A stretch of 64,000 nucleotides of DNA from Bigelowiella natans CCMP2755. Its lineage: Eukaryota; Protista; Cercozoa. The translations under genes and the position numbers were made by a program. The stretch lies in NCBI GenBank assembly GCA_000320545.1, contig ADNK01000640.1, forward strand, positions 1 to 64,000, given 5' to 3'. Each line of letters opens with the position of its first letter. Positions within the stretch are counted from its first letter, which is position 1. This document shows, one piece after another, positions 1 through 15,321 of the stretch. The notes under the pieces are model-generated. The model was not told where the DNA came from, searched no databases, and saw only the letters and a program-made list of their open reading frames with translations.

Positions 1-62
1 GATCAAGTAGAATACCGACGAAGTGTGTGTTAGGTCGGTAGCTACTCATTAACGCCACCATT

Positions 63-97
<35 letters not shown>

Positions 98-1319
98 CAC
101 ACACACATGCACGTACGCACGCACACACACACACATACATTATCTAGTACAACTGTATTCATCCCCACGGTATCATTCCGTCTTACTGCTACCTCTGCCT
201 CAGCAACCATTAATACAACTAAAAATTACCACTGCAGACATCATACGTGTTCTTTGCTAAAGGAGACGGCTCAACCAGCGGTTCCAAGGTGTTTCATTAT
301 CATTATCATCTGTCAAAGATAGGGATAGATGCTCAAAGCCGCATGATTCGTTTCAAATGGAATTAGCATAATTTGTCGCCGTCATCATCACCGCCATCGC
401 TATTACCGATCCCAATCCACTACTGCTACAATTATTATCATTTTTTATTAAAAATCTGTTTCTCTCTTCATCAAGTGATGATGATGATCTTGTGTGCAAA
501 CTTGGCACTAGTTTTACACGGTTGCGGTCGCGGCGGTGAGTGTGGCCTCTGGAGTTCTTGGGGTAATACAAAATGTATGCAAGAGGAGGAGGAGGAGGAG
601 GAGAAGGAGGAGATGAAACACGGCAAACATAGTAGTAGTAGATGTAATCTGCAATCCTGAATTCGGAGACCGAGGAGGCGGAGGGAATACATGATGTTGG
701 TGTATGTTGATGAAGTCGGTGATGATAATAATGACGATGATGATGATAAAGATGGGGAATTGGCAGCTTTCTTGTGTGCGGTGGATGAGATGGAAAATAC
801 GGGGACCTAGCAAATTATCTAATGCATTGAGTTATATCGATGCAGCCTGTAGCTTGGGCGTGTAAGTATTGTGTATTTATATGATCGGTGCCTTGCTTCT
901 CGGTAATAGTTGTGTCTGTTGTTCGGTTATAATAGGTGTGCTTCGTTTGCTATGGATGCCTGATAATGTAGGATAATCATTATCATCAACAAGACAAGAA
1001 AATAAGATGACATTTGAGGAGCGATTTTTCCTCGAATAGTTGTTGCAGTTGTTGTAGTCGTCGACACGAAAATTGAGAGAGAAAGAACTATCTCCATTGC
1101 TTTTATTTCTAAAGAAGCTCCGATAGACATGATGACTGCTGCTATGACTGCATGGTGCCTTTTTGTAAAAATAATGAACAAACTTGAGTTTTGTATTGTG
1201 CAATGGTATGCTTATCAACTCTCTGCTTCATCTTCTTCGTCTCTTTGTGATAGGCAAATGCAATGGAGGCTTTTCTACTCGAAGCGCTACTCTTCACACT
1301 CTACCAGCACCGAGAATGA
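1..1319 (+). CDS. 3' part of a multi-exon gene of unknown function (starts left of the window)
   Basis: Short AG/GT-flanked exon-like segments between microsatellite introns (e.g. ETAQPAVPR ~263, FYTVAVAA ~512, KLSNALSYIDAACSLG ~811); putative last exon 1254-1319. No family recognised; frames uncertain. Confidence 0.35.
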
Positions 1320-1499
1320 GGAGTATCACATTCGGGTACTGCTAGTAGTATAGTGGCAGTTGCGCCACGCACAAAATGACGAACTAGCGCACGAACACAC
1401 AGCACGCGCACGCAAGTGACAAACTTTGCATATTCTCATTGTCAAGTGTGCGCGAATGAGTGATGGTCTCGACGCATGGCCACACGTCTATTCTTCCGA

Positions 1500-3250
1500 C
1501 GATATAATCAATCGTTTGATTTGTAGCACCAGTCAGCTTCCCGTCGATCAAATTGTTCCCCCCCCCCCTCTCCCTCTACTCACCCTCATCTTGATTAGGT
1601 TGAAGCTAAAAGCCCTCTAGTTCGGATGACCTTGATAGCACTGGTAATCGTAATAAAGTAATATAGCTGTGGAAAAGCTGTGGTAGCATGTAAAAGAAGC
1701 TCTGGTTTCTGCTTCAAGGAATACTGCTCCTAATTAATAACTGATATATACTTACATTTACCCGATTAATTTATGCTGAGTGATGAGCTTCACCAAAACA
1801 AATGCCACCTCCTCTCGCTTTTTCCCTCTCTCTCTCTTTGCTTTTATCGTTACCGTTCTTGCAGGTTTGCGCCGTGTGCTTCCTGTTGCGATCATGCCTC
1901 TTGTTGGCTTCAGTATCATTGAGGTCCGTATCAGTGGAGGGGGGGTGAAAGGGGTGGGATAGGGAGGGATGATGCTGATGATGACGACGACGATAATGAT
2001 GATGATGATGATGATGATGTGGAAATTCGATGGGCCAGTTACATACACGAGATACTCATCTCTCCTTCTACCCCCGCACTGCAGGAACTTTGATGTCCAA
2101 GCACATGTGCCTACGAGTGCCCTCTACTTCGTCATGTGTGAGGTGATAAAAATGACTATGATGGTGATGATGATGATGACGATGATGATGATGATGATGG
2201 AATGATGGGATGACATCGGTTCCGTCTCAAACATGGTCTCTGCTTCTTCTTCTTCTTCCTGTTCTTCTTCTTCTTCTGCCCTCAGATCGTCCCATCCATA
2301 TTGATGATTTACCTGTTTCGTAAACGGCGAGCCGAGATGAATAGTGACAGGGCAAGCGTTGTCTATTCGGCCCCCCCCCTCTACTCAGAGGTATGTACAC
2401 AGATGACGCGGCAGAGAAAACCTGTGTGTGCCACAACGTTTATTTTGTACTTCTACATCAGTTGCATGGAGAAACAGTTGCAAGAGCAGCAGCAGAATAA
2501 TCGACTTCGTTAGTCGTTGATTACGTGCTCTCTCTCTTTCCCTCCCTCCCTCCCTCCCTCTCTCTATTGTGTTGTCGGTGTCGTTTGCGCCATCACCACG
2601 AATCAGGCCAAGTCGCCGTACTCTTCTCTCTCCCATCGCGAGAAATGGCAGCAAGCGGACGACCATCGTATAGGTAACAATAGTAGTGGTAGCGCTGGCT
2701 AGAATACCGGGGATTTATAGGAGTGCCAAAACAGTTCCAAAGCAAATATTTGTTAGCACCAACTCCCTCCAACCCACCATCAAATTTTAAGAGCACCAGA
2801 TTTATTGTAGAATGACACAGCAGCAGCAGCACATTAATAAGTACACCAACATTGCGCGGGCGCACATACCATTCACTAATTCCACCTCTTTTTCCTCTTT
2901 TTCTTCTGATCTTGTTGTCGCAGATTCAGTGGGAGGCAGCGTGGATTTTCGAAGGTAGGTGAAGATATATCGTCATAAGAACAATACTACCCCACCTAAT
3001 TTATGCCCGGTGTCCTTCCGCATTGATCATAGTTGAATCCTGTTTATTTCCGTATTCTTAACTACGGCCTCCTTAGCGAACGCGGTTCCGTGGCGACTGC
3101 GACGGATAAATCGCGGAGGAAGGACCCGTTCTTACCTGTTGCTGAAGGCGATGATGGAGAGAGCGCACACTACGACGAGGAAAATTTCCGCGCCCCCCCG
3201 GCCTTAGTGGTCAATGATGCGGATAGCGAAATCGTTGGGGCGGAGGGCTA
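1500..3250 (-). CDS. multi-exon gene of unknown function (approximate span)
   Basis: Repeated minus-strand GT donors near 3135, 2869, 2331, 1852 and 1583 flanking non-repetitive segments; no recognisable domain. Confidence 0.3.
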
Positions 3251-4289
3251 AGGAGAGCAGGCGAGAGGAGGAGGGGAAAAGAGTCGAAAACGGAATGACC
3301 AATGGGAAGACTCAAGAAAGGATACAGGAGACACTACTACGCGACGATGTCTTAGCTAGCGTGAGAATTGATCTGTCGAGTTGTGATCAGCGTCACTGTT
3401 TAAAGATGTGTAAATGGTAGTTTTTGTCATTTGTTAGTATATATTGTGCGTGCATTCATTCACGCTGTGCGTGTAGTCGCGCATCAGTGTGCCATTGCTA
3501 GATTTGTAACACATCACGGCAATTTATTAAGGCTGCACGCTATCTAGCTATATGCACACAATGCAATCTAGATTTTAACACGCTTGCTGCTAACTCATTA
3601 TTGAGCTTATGTGTGAAAACACAGTTGCTTGTTGCGCAAGTCACGAGAACTACAGAATGCTAGCGCTAGCGATAGCATGCGCGAGATCAAATGCGCGCAC
3701 ATCAATGCTAAACATGCTAGCATAGATAATAATATCCGTCTAGCATAAGCTAGATAAGCCGTTTGTGTCATGGATCTAGAAATAATGATCATGATGTGTG
3801 AGAGACATGTGCGGATTTGCGGTCATGGGCGACAAGAGGGGCGAACATCTTTGTGCTTGAATGAGGCACAGAATTCATGGTTTTAGTCAGTTTGCGCCCT
3901 CAGCGAATGATGTCAACATTTCCAGGCATGTGCACGCACTGTGCACGTGTGTGCATGTCTTTACACTTACAATTAAAAAGAGCATTCACAAGGTGCAGAG
4001 ATGTCTTCGTCTTCGTAATTGCAATAGCATTATCACACTGGAGCTACTCAAAACTATAATTTACTAGCGCTGCAGCTTTATAAAGGTGATGATCCATGAC
4101 TTTGCCGTCTCTATCTCCCCTCGCTACTTGCACCCACGGCGCTTCGACTTCCTGAAGCGACTCTCGGCTTAACGCCGTCTGCCTTGGTCATAAAATAATG
4201 CTAATCTACATATATCCCCCGAGATGAAGACACCTTTGTTGTAGGTGGCGAGGACAATACTGCTAGTGTGCGCCAGGCCGCATATCATT

Positions 4290-5234
4290 TTAATTCATCG
4301 TGTCGGCAATCCCTCCCCCATCGTTCTTCGTAACGCGGTAAATCTGCCCGTCCTGGAGAGTCAAAGAAAAACACCACACACTGTTAAGATTCTTCTCCAT
4401 GGCGGTGGTGATGAGTATAAGAACTATGATACTTCGTCCCCCCCCCTCAATAGAGGCGCACTACAGGTACATCAAACATGCTCTTTGCAACGGATAAACT
4501 TCCTACTGCCACAACTGCACTGCTTCGCTATCCTCGCCGTCGGTCGTTGTCATCTTCTTTTACATGCATGTGAGTAATATGTTCGCACGCACAGATGTTC
4601 TACTAACCGGCAGGATGTTGTACTCCTTGCCATCAGTAGAAATGAACTTCGCTGAGTCGTCGGCGAAATAAATCTCTTTCGATCCGTCCTAAGAGAAGGA
4701 AACCGGGGGGAGGGGGGGAGGAGGATTGACGCATAGAGAATAGCAGCAGCATATCAGGTTTGATGTCTCAGTCGTATTCAGTTGTCTACACGTTTCAATA
4801 AGCGTCCCGCCCCCCTCCCCGTCTCCCCTCACTTTCCCTTTTCAATCACACCTCGCTATGGCATTCCAGCTGGCTATTCGAGAAGAAGAACGTCTGTTTG
4901 TATCACCGATCTCAAGTCAGAAATTAAGAAGACAGAGCGAACACCATCTGGTGCTGTCCGTAGAGGCGATGTAATGGAACACTTTAAACGTTGTAAGTTT
5001 GTATGTGTGTTCCTAGTAGTTTATTATTATTATTATTATTATTCTTATTATGATCGCCACGACCTCTTTCTTCCCCTCTGTTATCTGGGTTATATCAGAC
5101 CCAGCGTAGTGGTATAAGATCCTTCCGTCCGTAAGTATCTTCATATATCATCGCAAAAACAACAACGAGAACAACCGCGACTACATCAAGGGAAAATTTC
5201 ATATACGCGCACACACACACACACACACACACAC

Positions 5235-5282
<48 letters not shown>

Positions 5283-5382
5283 GGCAGTCGTATTAATGCT
5301 ATATGGCCATAAAGAAACACTGCGTACCTCCTTTGTGTCGCCGTTTGGGAATGATACTTGCGAGTAGCCTATCAATAAATCC

Positions 5383-5416
<34 letters not shown>

Positions 5417-8287
5417 AAATAAATCAATGCTACAGCAGCCCGCGTGCTTTTACATGCATACATTACGATACGACTTACCGCTTGGGAGCATTAACTTCCT
5501 TGTACCATTGGTGAAGATTGTCTGGCAAGCGCCGTCGAGGAATACCTGGTCCCGTGCAGTTATCGTGTGTTTGTGCGTGTGTGTGTGTGTGTGTGTGTAC
5601 ATGTCCCTTGCACACATCTCACGACCGATTGCTTGCTCCAAAGACTCATATCACACCCACCATATTTAAATTGTAAAACAATGACATGGAGGGCAGCAGC
5701 AGCAGCAGGAGGAGGAGGAGGAGGAAGAGGATCACCTTTTCACACTTTCCGTCTTCATGCACAGTCTCACGGCGCAGACCGATTATTCTAAAGAGTAAGT
5801 GAAAGTAGTCAGTGTGAAGGAGAGCAAGAGGCGGGGGGGGGGGGAGAGAAGATGGCATCGGCGACGACGACAACAGCGACGACTATGAAAGCTTCGGTAG
5901 GAAGAACAATCAGTAAATGGTGCCAGGAGCATGCCTCACAACCCAGCCTCGTATGAACCAACATCACTACTACTACTACTACTACAACTACCACTACCAC
6001 CGCTACCACTACATCGTTGAGCTGTTTTGCTGACACTGCTACTTCTGCATACGTTCAGTACCGATGGTTGATATCTGCAAAGGGAGTGTAGCGGAAGAGT
6101 AGCAGCTCCTTGACCTTTGCCGGCCTTCTGTCACGAATGGCCTCAAGCTTGCTGCCTTTGCCACCTCCGTCCTTTCACAAAGCAGAGACGATAGGATCAC
6201 TTCAAAGCACGTGATACGTACTATATTATCCATACATGTATATCCATATATTTATATATATGTGTGTGTGTGTGTGTGTGTTTGATTTCTTCCTTACCGA
6301 TGAGGTTTCGGTTGTCCTCCTCGCTATGTCCGCAACATCGTCCTGGGGATGATGAATCGATGGATCTCCCTCCCCCCCCTCTTCCTCCGACTGAAGATGC
6401 TGATCCTCGCCGCTGTGGTGGCCTAGAGCATGTACCTGCTGCCGTCTGCGAAGAATTGAGTTGCGACCATCGTCGTCATCGTCAATTCCACCGATAGCAA
6501 CGCCGTCGTCTCCGCCCACAGCCCCCCCCATCCGAGCTTCACGCGCGATGCTATTTGGATCGAAACGGAGGTGCTTATGTCGGGTGATGCTGACAGCAGC
6601 CGATGAGGAGGAGGAGGAGGCGGAGGACTCGGGGGCATAATGCTTCTTGCTACCTCTGCTGCGACCGCCTTTGCGGAGCTGCTGCTGCTGCTGCTGCTGT
6701 CGTTCATCAGATCTCCCCCCACCTCCTCCTTTTCTAGCATTCCTTCTTCCCTCCCACTGATGATGGCCAATAGCACGGCCCTCTTCCCCTTCTCCCTTGA
6801 TTGCCTCGTCATCATCCTCGTCCTCGTACATGCTTTCGTCGTAGGATTGTAGTTGCTGGTGCTGCTGGTGGCGTCCAACATACTTCTTCGCACCCCCTCG
6901 GTAGGCTGCCCTGCCGCTATTCCCCCCCCCCCCCTCCTCCTCCTCCTCCTCGTCGTCGTTGTTCTTTTCAATTGTGTTGTTGCGTGAGCTGCTGTGCCGT
7001 CCTGTTATGTCTACCACGCCGCTACCAGATGACCATGCATGCCGGACGGCCTGGAGGATGATGACGATGATGATTATGATTACGATTATGAATATGAATA
7101 TGGTGTGATAAGGGGGATTGGGGTGACGATGATAGGAAGTCAACCCACCGATGGAGGGCAGGGGGGGGGGGGCAAACCCCATAGAAGCTACTGCTTCTTC
7201 GACATAAACCATGGCAAGAAAAGAGAGGAGGTAGCGATGATGGCGCCCTCCAGCCGTTACGATCAACTCTATAGATTCCCCAATTCTTCTTCTTCTTCTT
7301 TCTACTACTATTACTACTACTTCGTATCACCTGCGGTGCTTTGCCATTGTTACGCTTGTTCTTCTTCGCAAGCGTGCACTTGAGCAGAGCTTCCTCTGCG
7401 TCGAGGCGCGCCTTTTCGGCGTCTTTTAGTTCCTGGGGGGGGGAGAGCGATTGATGATGAGGCAATGGGCGGAGGGGGGGAGAGTAAGTGTGCGGCGCAC
7501 CATCAAGAGAAGAGGAAGATTAAAGAGGAAGAGGAGGAGAACAAGAAAAGAGGCGCAAGGGAGAGACTCAGTCATTGAGAGATATCTTCTTCGTCGTATT
7601 AAAGCTCATCGTCGCGCCACCTTTTTAAGAGTGACGTTCTCTCTAGTGATCATGGAATTCTGGGTTCTCAGCCTGTTAATCGTGGCCCTGACATGTGTGT
7701 GCATGCGGACGACGCAGACAGACAAGCACGTCACTACAACGATGATATATACACACATTTTAGATTATTCGCACACACACACGCGCACGCGCAAGTTTGC
7801 AGCAGCAAGAAGTAATATTTGTTACTGGGTCTACTTATAATGTTAAGGTACTTCATCTTCTCCTCTCGTTTCTTGGCGGCAGCCTTCGCGTTTTCGAGCT
7901 GAGACTGCGCTTCCTGAATACCATCTCTCTCCTAAAGAAGGAGGCAAGGAAGAAAAGACAAAGAAGGTAACGAATGATGTGAGGGGTATTATGGGAGAGG
8001 AAGAAGAAGCAGCACATTCCAAAACAACTTCATCAAGGATCACGGAAAAATGCAGCAGCAGAGTGGACACTTCTCACGGTCATCTTCCTCCTCGTAAAGA
8101 TTCGTATACGTTTTTCGACTATCACGACTTACCGGCACCATCAAAACATTCTTCTTCTTCTTCTTCTTCTTCTTCTTCTTCTTCTTTTGCAACAACACAC
8201 TCACATACTTGTCGGCTGGGAAGGGCCAGCAGCTGCTTCAGCCGTTTCTCCAGCTGCATTTATGCGTGCGTGTGTGTGTGTTTGCGT

Positions 8288-8333
<46 letters not shown>

Positions 8334-8666
8334 CTAAGCAGTTCGCTAATAAAATTTGACTCTGTTGTTCACTAGTATTATGATGCCCCCCCCGCATTCT
8401 CCCCCACTAGTACTAACCTTGCTTTTCTCACGGCGCAGTCTTCGGTTTTCATCGTCTCTTTGACGATGAAAGTCGTTCCTGGAAAAAGAGGAGTTGGCAT
8501 CAAAGTCGGACTGCAGCAAAAAGGACGAGTAAAATGGGGGGGGGGGGGGGGGGTACCTGTCCTTTTCCAGCGCCTCGAGCTTCTGTTTCAGTCTATCCTC
8601 GCCCAGCTAAGAACGCACAAACGGACAAAAGAATGACGCATTAATATCATCATACTTTAAATAAAC

Positions 8667-8702
<36 letters not shown>

Positions 8703-9446
8703 GTTCGTCACACGCTCTCTTATGAATGTCAAGAAAGGAATAGGCGGCCAAACACCTTTGCTTTCAGTTTGGCCTCCTTTTGCAACCTCCTCGCGTGTCT
8801 CGTCTCGTTCCGATATCTGAGGAAAGTGGATGATGATGATGATGATGAAGGGGAGGGAGAGGAAGGCCCCAGTAGATTATCAAATGACTCGAAATTGGAC
8901 ATTGATGATGAAAAATACAAATGACTGTCGTTCTAGTCGCCATCGCTACCACGTGGAATATACCACACCCTGTCTGTCCCCCCCCCCCTACGACTACCAC
9001 CCGCCCCATCATCATGCATGTGAATGGCGACAGGGAAGGCCCACCTCGAAATCTCACGTTCCAGGCGCTTGACCTTTTCCGTTAACTCGGTGACTACTGC
9101 TCCTCCGGGGGAAGAGGAGGGGGGTGGTGGAGCCGGGTCTGCGGTCGGGAACTACGAAATATTCACACGAAAACAGTCGGGGAAATTGAATTACTTGACA
9201 CTAATAGAATCATCCACCTCCCGCCCCGTACTCCTACCCATACAATTCAGAATTCCCCTTATTACTTGACGCTGCTGTTGATGGGGGCGAGAGGGAGATT
9301 TTCCGGTGTTGACAGCAGTCCCCTGGCGATTTCTATTGCTCCCTGTCGCCGCTGAATAATACTGCTGGACTATCCTTGAGGTGGGGGGGGAGGGAGGCGG
9401 AGCCCATTCATTGCCGATATAGGGCTTCCTGCCATCGGCTTCAACG

Positions 9447-9481
<35 letters not shown>

Positions 9482-10345
9482 CAAGCGGCTGCTGTTAAAG
9501 GAGGTCCCGCCCTCTCCATCTTCATCGTACTCGTGGGAATGGTGCTGCTCGTGCGGGAGGTTGTGGTGGCGGGAAGAGGAGGAGGATGCTAAGAACCGAG
9601 CAAATGGGTCTTTCTGTGTTGTCGGCATCTTACTCGCTGCTGCTGCTCCAGAAGATGCTGCTGACGATGATAACTGCTGCGAAGATACGGCCTCTTGCTG
9701 AGCAGTGATAGCGGGAGATGGTGGGACGGTGTCGTGCCGAGTTTGTCTCTCCATTCCATATCGCCCATCACCATCATCACCATCATCATCACCGTCGCCT
9801 CCTCCGCCGAACCGTTGACTTCCCCCATCAATAATTTCCTGATCATGGTATTCCCGACGATCCTCTCCTAAATCGTCGTCAACACCGCCTCCTCCTTGTT
9901 GTTGCAGGAGCGCTTTGGCTTCGTGAATAGCCCTCTCCTCCTCGACTGGATCGACAGTACCGTCGTCGATGATCAAGTTGCTTCCTCCGCTATCATTACG
10001 GCTGTTGAGATTGCCATTCGTGTCGTATCCGCTGTTGTACAGCCCCCCCCGCTCCCCTGATTCAGATAACGTATAATCTGTCTCCAATCCAGAAGACGCT
10101 GCTACATCTTTACTGGGCTTCCCCCCAGCAATTGCATCGTTATGGTCATTTTCCTCCAATATATCCTCCTCGCCCTTAAAGAAGCAATACACACATACAC
10201 ACGAGCACGAACACACAAACAGAGACACATAATCAGTCGAAATCGTATCAATGGCTGTGCAGATAAAGCCGCAGCTGTATACACCACCACCATCATCGTC
10301 ATCATCATCATGGAAGCCGTTCAGGATTGGAGAAAAGATCGCACA

Positions 10346-10378
<33 letters not shown>

Positions 10379-12429
10379 GCACGGACGGGCAAACCGACAC
10401 TCCTACTGCTCGAGAGTCATTCGTACCTGCATCGAGGCAGAGAAGCCACCATGTCGCATGGTTGTACCCATCAACCTCCTTAACCCATGGTCACTCTTGT
10501 CCAGGCTGGCTTCACCCCGCCGCTCATGGCCAGGGGGGGCTGGACCACTGCTGCTGTCGCCAGGGCTAAACATGCCTCGTCGCGTTCCGAGGAATGGGTT
10601 TCCGTGGTCCGAAAGCGTGGATCGGTTGTGCAACACCGATGACGAAGCTCCCCCCTCTCCCTCCTAAGGTCATATGAACGAGACGTCGTGGTGAGGGCGA
10701 GGGATATATTGCAGGAAGTATATAGTGCAGAGGAAGTGAAGAAATGGAGATAACAACGAACACGACTCGGCTTTTATCAATTAAGGGGGGTCATACTGTT
10801 CTCCCCTTTCTCTATGATGATTGTGGCGAGGGGCGGCGGGGGGGGGGGATGGTCTATAACCCTAGCCGTACAAGCAAGCATATCTACTACTACTACTACT
10901 ACTTCTTCTTCTTCGCCCTCCAGCCACTCCTCTGTGTCGTCGAAGATGATGGGTTCTGGTGCGAAATGAACGCGGTTTCCGTGCTTCTTCCTCGGTGGAA
11001 TGGGCGATTCAGTCTCTTCTTCCTTCAATATTCCAGTCCTTCCTTCCTCGAAGCGTTCATTCACTGGGGTTTCTCCCTTTTGAACATGTACGCATACATG
11101 CATTAGACAGCTATCAATACTCCGCGAAGACATTTCCATGCAGACCGCAAAGAAAAGGTTGCACCTTTTCTGTAACACAGACAACTATTCATTTACATAC
11201 GGAAAAATATAGGTTTGCAAACAGACAGCCCACACTAATCTGTTCTTGATAAAGCAGCACCCCCATCTCCACCATCATCACACCTTAACTTCCCCCTGTT
11301 GAACCATCTTCTCGATTCTAGCGAATTCTTCTAGTTCGGCATCGAAAGCTGTGTTTCTTTCGCCCGTCTCACTGATACCAAGACACATATATATTTCGAA
11401 ATGACGAAGGCCATTCAAAAGGTTAAGGAACTCCCATCAAATTTATAACATGCATGCCAGCCATCCACTCGGTATACAGCCCCATCCCCGTACCTGTAGT
11501 TGCCACTTGGCGTTGAGAACTCTTTGTGGGGCTCCTTCTGACTTCTCAACTTCTTTGTCTCGTGTGTGTTCGTGGGACGATGACTCGGCTCGAAGTCCTC
11601 GATGCCTTTTCAAAATGGAATTGGTGTTGTTCAGGTTGGGGCAACTGCTGCAAGTACATTCGTGTCCAAAAATACGTTCAATGTGTTACCGTTTCGGGAA
11701 ATTCGACTCGAGCTGGCACCAATGCTGGCCCTTCCACTCTGACGGCGAGACGATGTGCTGGGGAATTTCGATAGTTTTTGCTCCAAAAGCTCTTCGAAAG
11801 TCCTCGGCTTCCCGGCAACGCCAATGCCCGGACGTATTATCTGCTGGTCCGGGTTCATCATCGCGCACGGAATGAAGATGTTGGGAAGTTTCTGTTGTTT
11901 AAAGACCATGAAATGAGATTTGTGATATTGAGAATCCATGTACCTACGGCCCATTTCTATCTCTGTGTTTTCATACGAAGGAAGGGATGACGACATTACA
12001 AAGTAGCAACAGCATTCGCTCGAGAACACAAATTGCTGGCAAGAGAGGATAGTGACATGAGAAGGAGCTAGAGTCTCGTGGTAACTAAAAATGAGACGTC
12101 CAAGTACACAAGATACAGGCTAGAGTAAAACACAAAGTCTTGCCATCCCTCCCCTTTTCGATACCACCACTGCCCACCTTCGGAGGGGAGGCGGGAGTCT
12201 CAAACAATGATGCGGGCAACTATTCCAAAGAATAGTCTATTTTCCATGTCGCTGTTTCTGATTTGAGGGCTTCCACGCTAGGTGGAAATGCTCCCCCGAA
12301 AATGACCAGAAAGCTCGTCGTTGGCGGGAAACCGTTTTGGCGCAAGCGAACAATAAGAACAGCGCATCCTTCTCGGAGAAACGCGCGATCCAGATCTTTC
12401 CCCGACAAGCCATGCGACATTTTCAACAT
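4290..12429 (-). CDS. CENPJ: SAS-4/CPAP (CENP-J) centriole assembly protein, multi-exon
   Basis: C-terminal TCP/G-box exons VFLDGACQTIFTNGTRKLMLPSG, YSQVSFPNGDTKE, DGRILYHYAG, DGSKEIYFADDSAKFISTDGKEYNILP, DGQIYRVTKN (stop TAA 4290-4292). Coiled-coil exons DENRRLRREKSK, LEKRLKQLLALPSRQ, ELKDAEKARLDAEE. N-terminal IRPGIGVAGKPRTFEELLEQKL (PN2-3-like) and ELEEFARIEK motifs. Start 12429 or 12420 uncertain. Confidence 0.85.
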
Positions 12430-12536
12430 GGAGCCATTTCCTATATTAAATAATCAGGGGGGAATTTCATTGTCGCTTCTGTTGAATTACCACCGTATTT
12501 GAGGTATATCTTGCCGACAGGAGGCAGTTTCCGAGC
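12430..12536. promoter_or_regulatory. putative bidirectional promoter
   Basis: About 110 bp between divergent start codons of the SAS-4-like gene (-) and the carboxypeptidase (+). Confidence 0.45.
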
Positions 12537-13274
12537 ATGATGGCTCCCCTCTCGCTTCTGCTTGCGTTCACAGCCATTACCGAGGTTTCCTCCAAGCCCA
12601 AAGAGCATCAAATTTTGAAGCTTCCAGGGTGGGATGCCCCTCTACCCTCTGAGGTCTATGCTGGATACATTCCAGCCGGAAATGACACCCAGGTCCGAGT
12701 CACACCGCATTGATTCGATGCCCTGTTTGGAGTACTTAAATAGTTACTGATAGCTCTTTCGTGTTTTCCCAGGATGGCACAGACTACGAAATGTTTGAAC
12801 ATTACATGTTCATCGAATCCGGTACGAAATCCGGAAATAGGCATACATTTGTGCGGGTGCGTGTAGCGTGCTGATAATTGTTCTGTGACAATGTTTCAAC
12901 AGAGGGAGATCCAAGCTCCGATCCACTCGTCGTGTGGACGAACGGAGGTCCAGGAGCCAGTTCGTTCTTTGGCTTGTTCGTCGAGCTAGGACCTTTCATT
13001 CTGGATGTACCACTTTTTCCTAACCATGTGAAACAGCATATCCTTCGATTAATCTACGGCTTTCTTCTACTTTTGAACTGCTAGGACGACTCGCTCAAAA
13101 CGAAAGAGTACAACCAGACAGGCATTCCCACCCTTTGGAGGAATGAATTCTCATGGACGAAGGCGGCCTCCATTCTTATTCTCAACTCACCACCCCCAGT
13201 AGCGTCACACGAAATTAGAGCCCACATTACTACCAGTCCATTTTGTCATCATGACCTTATATAGGAATATGTGC

Positions 13275-13322
<48 letters not shown>

Positions 13323-13724
13323 CGCACTTATAATAGGTAGGCTTCTCGTATTGCAATCCCGCTGGCCCATCCGGTCTGTCAACCATTCGTTCTACCAATT
13401 TGAGCGTCAGCACTATCGTCGTACCTGCCTATATAACTTAAAAAGCTCCTCAAAATGTGCAGGAGACGGCACCTCTTGTGGCTCTTGGAATGACTCTCGT
13501 ACGGCAAAGCACAACTACGCCTTTCTCCAGAATTGGTACAGCCAACACATCGAAAGACGTCGTCTCATCACAGCAAACCCCGTCTCCTAATGCCAATGGA
13601 AAGTTTTGTTCTGAGTCTAGGCATATTGTTTCGGATTTGTCACAGGTTCAAATCTTTCCCCGAGTACCGAAAGAACGACTTCTATATCACTGGTCGTCTA
13701 ATTAAAGAGGCGAATTAGAGAGAA

Positions 13725-13770
<46 letters not shown>

Positions 13771-15284
13771 AACACATGAAAGAACGTAAGTTTATTTCTT
13801 CATCCCTTTTACGCACAATCTAGGGGAGTCGTATGCAGGAATCTACGTCCCTACCCTTGCTCGCGAGATCATTGAGAACGAAAATGCGATCAACCTTAAG
13901 GGGTGGGCCGTAGGCGATGGATGCTTAGGAAACGATATCTTGTGCGGCAGTGGCAAGGATGCGTGGAAAGGCCCATATTTTACGGTACTACTCTCCATGG
14001 TTAGATGCCTAACCGTTAAGGAATTGCAGTTGTTACGAAAACTAGCAGCGTTTGCTTTCTGTCGCTGTGTTTCACCAATGTTAGTATACCAATACTATAA
14101 CGACGAAAACATATAGATCGAGTTCATGCATGGGCACGGCCAGTTCTCTGATAAGACCTACGAAGCCATCATGGTGAGGGGAAGAAAAGGGGGCAGGGCG
14201 AGGGAGGGGTTGGGGGGAAACAATCAAGTATTTGCTGAAAGCTGGGCATGATATATCCATTTGAAAAACGATTCTAACAGTCGACAGCCATGGATGTTTT
14301 TGTCCTTCAAGCCAACTCTCTGTTCCTTCATAAAATCCTTGTTGTTGAATCTATGCAGCAATGAATGTGCAGCTGACCTATTGGTCACACCCATCCTCCA
14401 TTTTCTCACCATCCACCCCCCTTTTTTGCATCATCTCGACGAATCATCAGAGTGTGTGCTCCAAGGACGAACTCATCTATGGAGTCACAGAGAAGGCATG
14501 CTCTGATCTCATCGACAGGTATTGTTGCTTTTCCCCGCTGCCTGTTGTTGTTATCGTTGTTGTTGTTGCTGTTGTTGTCGTTGTTGCACCTCCTGAATTC
14601 AAACTCCCGGCACCACATTAGGCGATCATTGCTATAATGGTACGATACATAAAAATGTGCATATTAAAACCGTTCTATTTCCCTCTCCTCCTCCTCCTCC
14701 TCCTCCTCCTCCTCCTCCTCCTCCTCCTCCTCTCTTACAGAATGCATCAGGAGCTTGGCGGCTATTACTCGTACAACCTCTACGACGAATGCTGGTAACA
14801 CGGGTGCAGTGCAGTACTTGTATTTTTGGTTCCCCTTGGCGCGAGAAGTGTCCTTGCTGCTTTTTTGTGTAAATACAGAGGTGTACTCTAGATGTGTACA
14901 TGTGCATGTGTGTGTGCGCATATATTTCTATCGCGGAGTACTACACACATCCCAGTGTGGGTGTTTGTAGCTATGCCGCTGGCAATTGACACTGCCGAAT
15001 TTGTCGTTGGCTGCTGCTGCTGCTGCCGTGTGCAAAGGTACGAGAACGACCTCATGTTGAAGGAAACGTTGGCTGGGAGCCGCAGCTACTGGGGTCCGCC
15101 GCGTCTGACGAGCACCAGTGCTGCAGGAGACGGGAAGGGTTTCAAGGCTGGACTGAACGACTATCCTTGCGGGGGTCCAGGTCGCTCCGATGATCATCAG
15201 ATCTTAAACAATGGACGATTACGATTACGACGACGACGACGATTAGCAATGATAATCTCCTTACCCTGCTTGTAACTTGATGGC

Positions 15285-15321
<37 letters not shown>

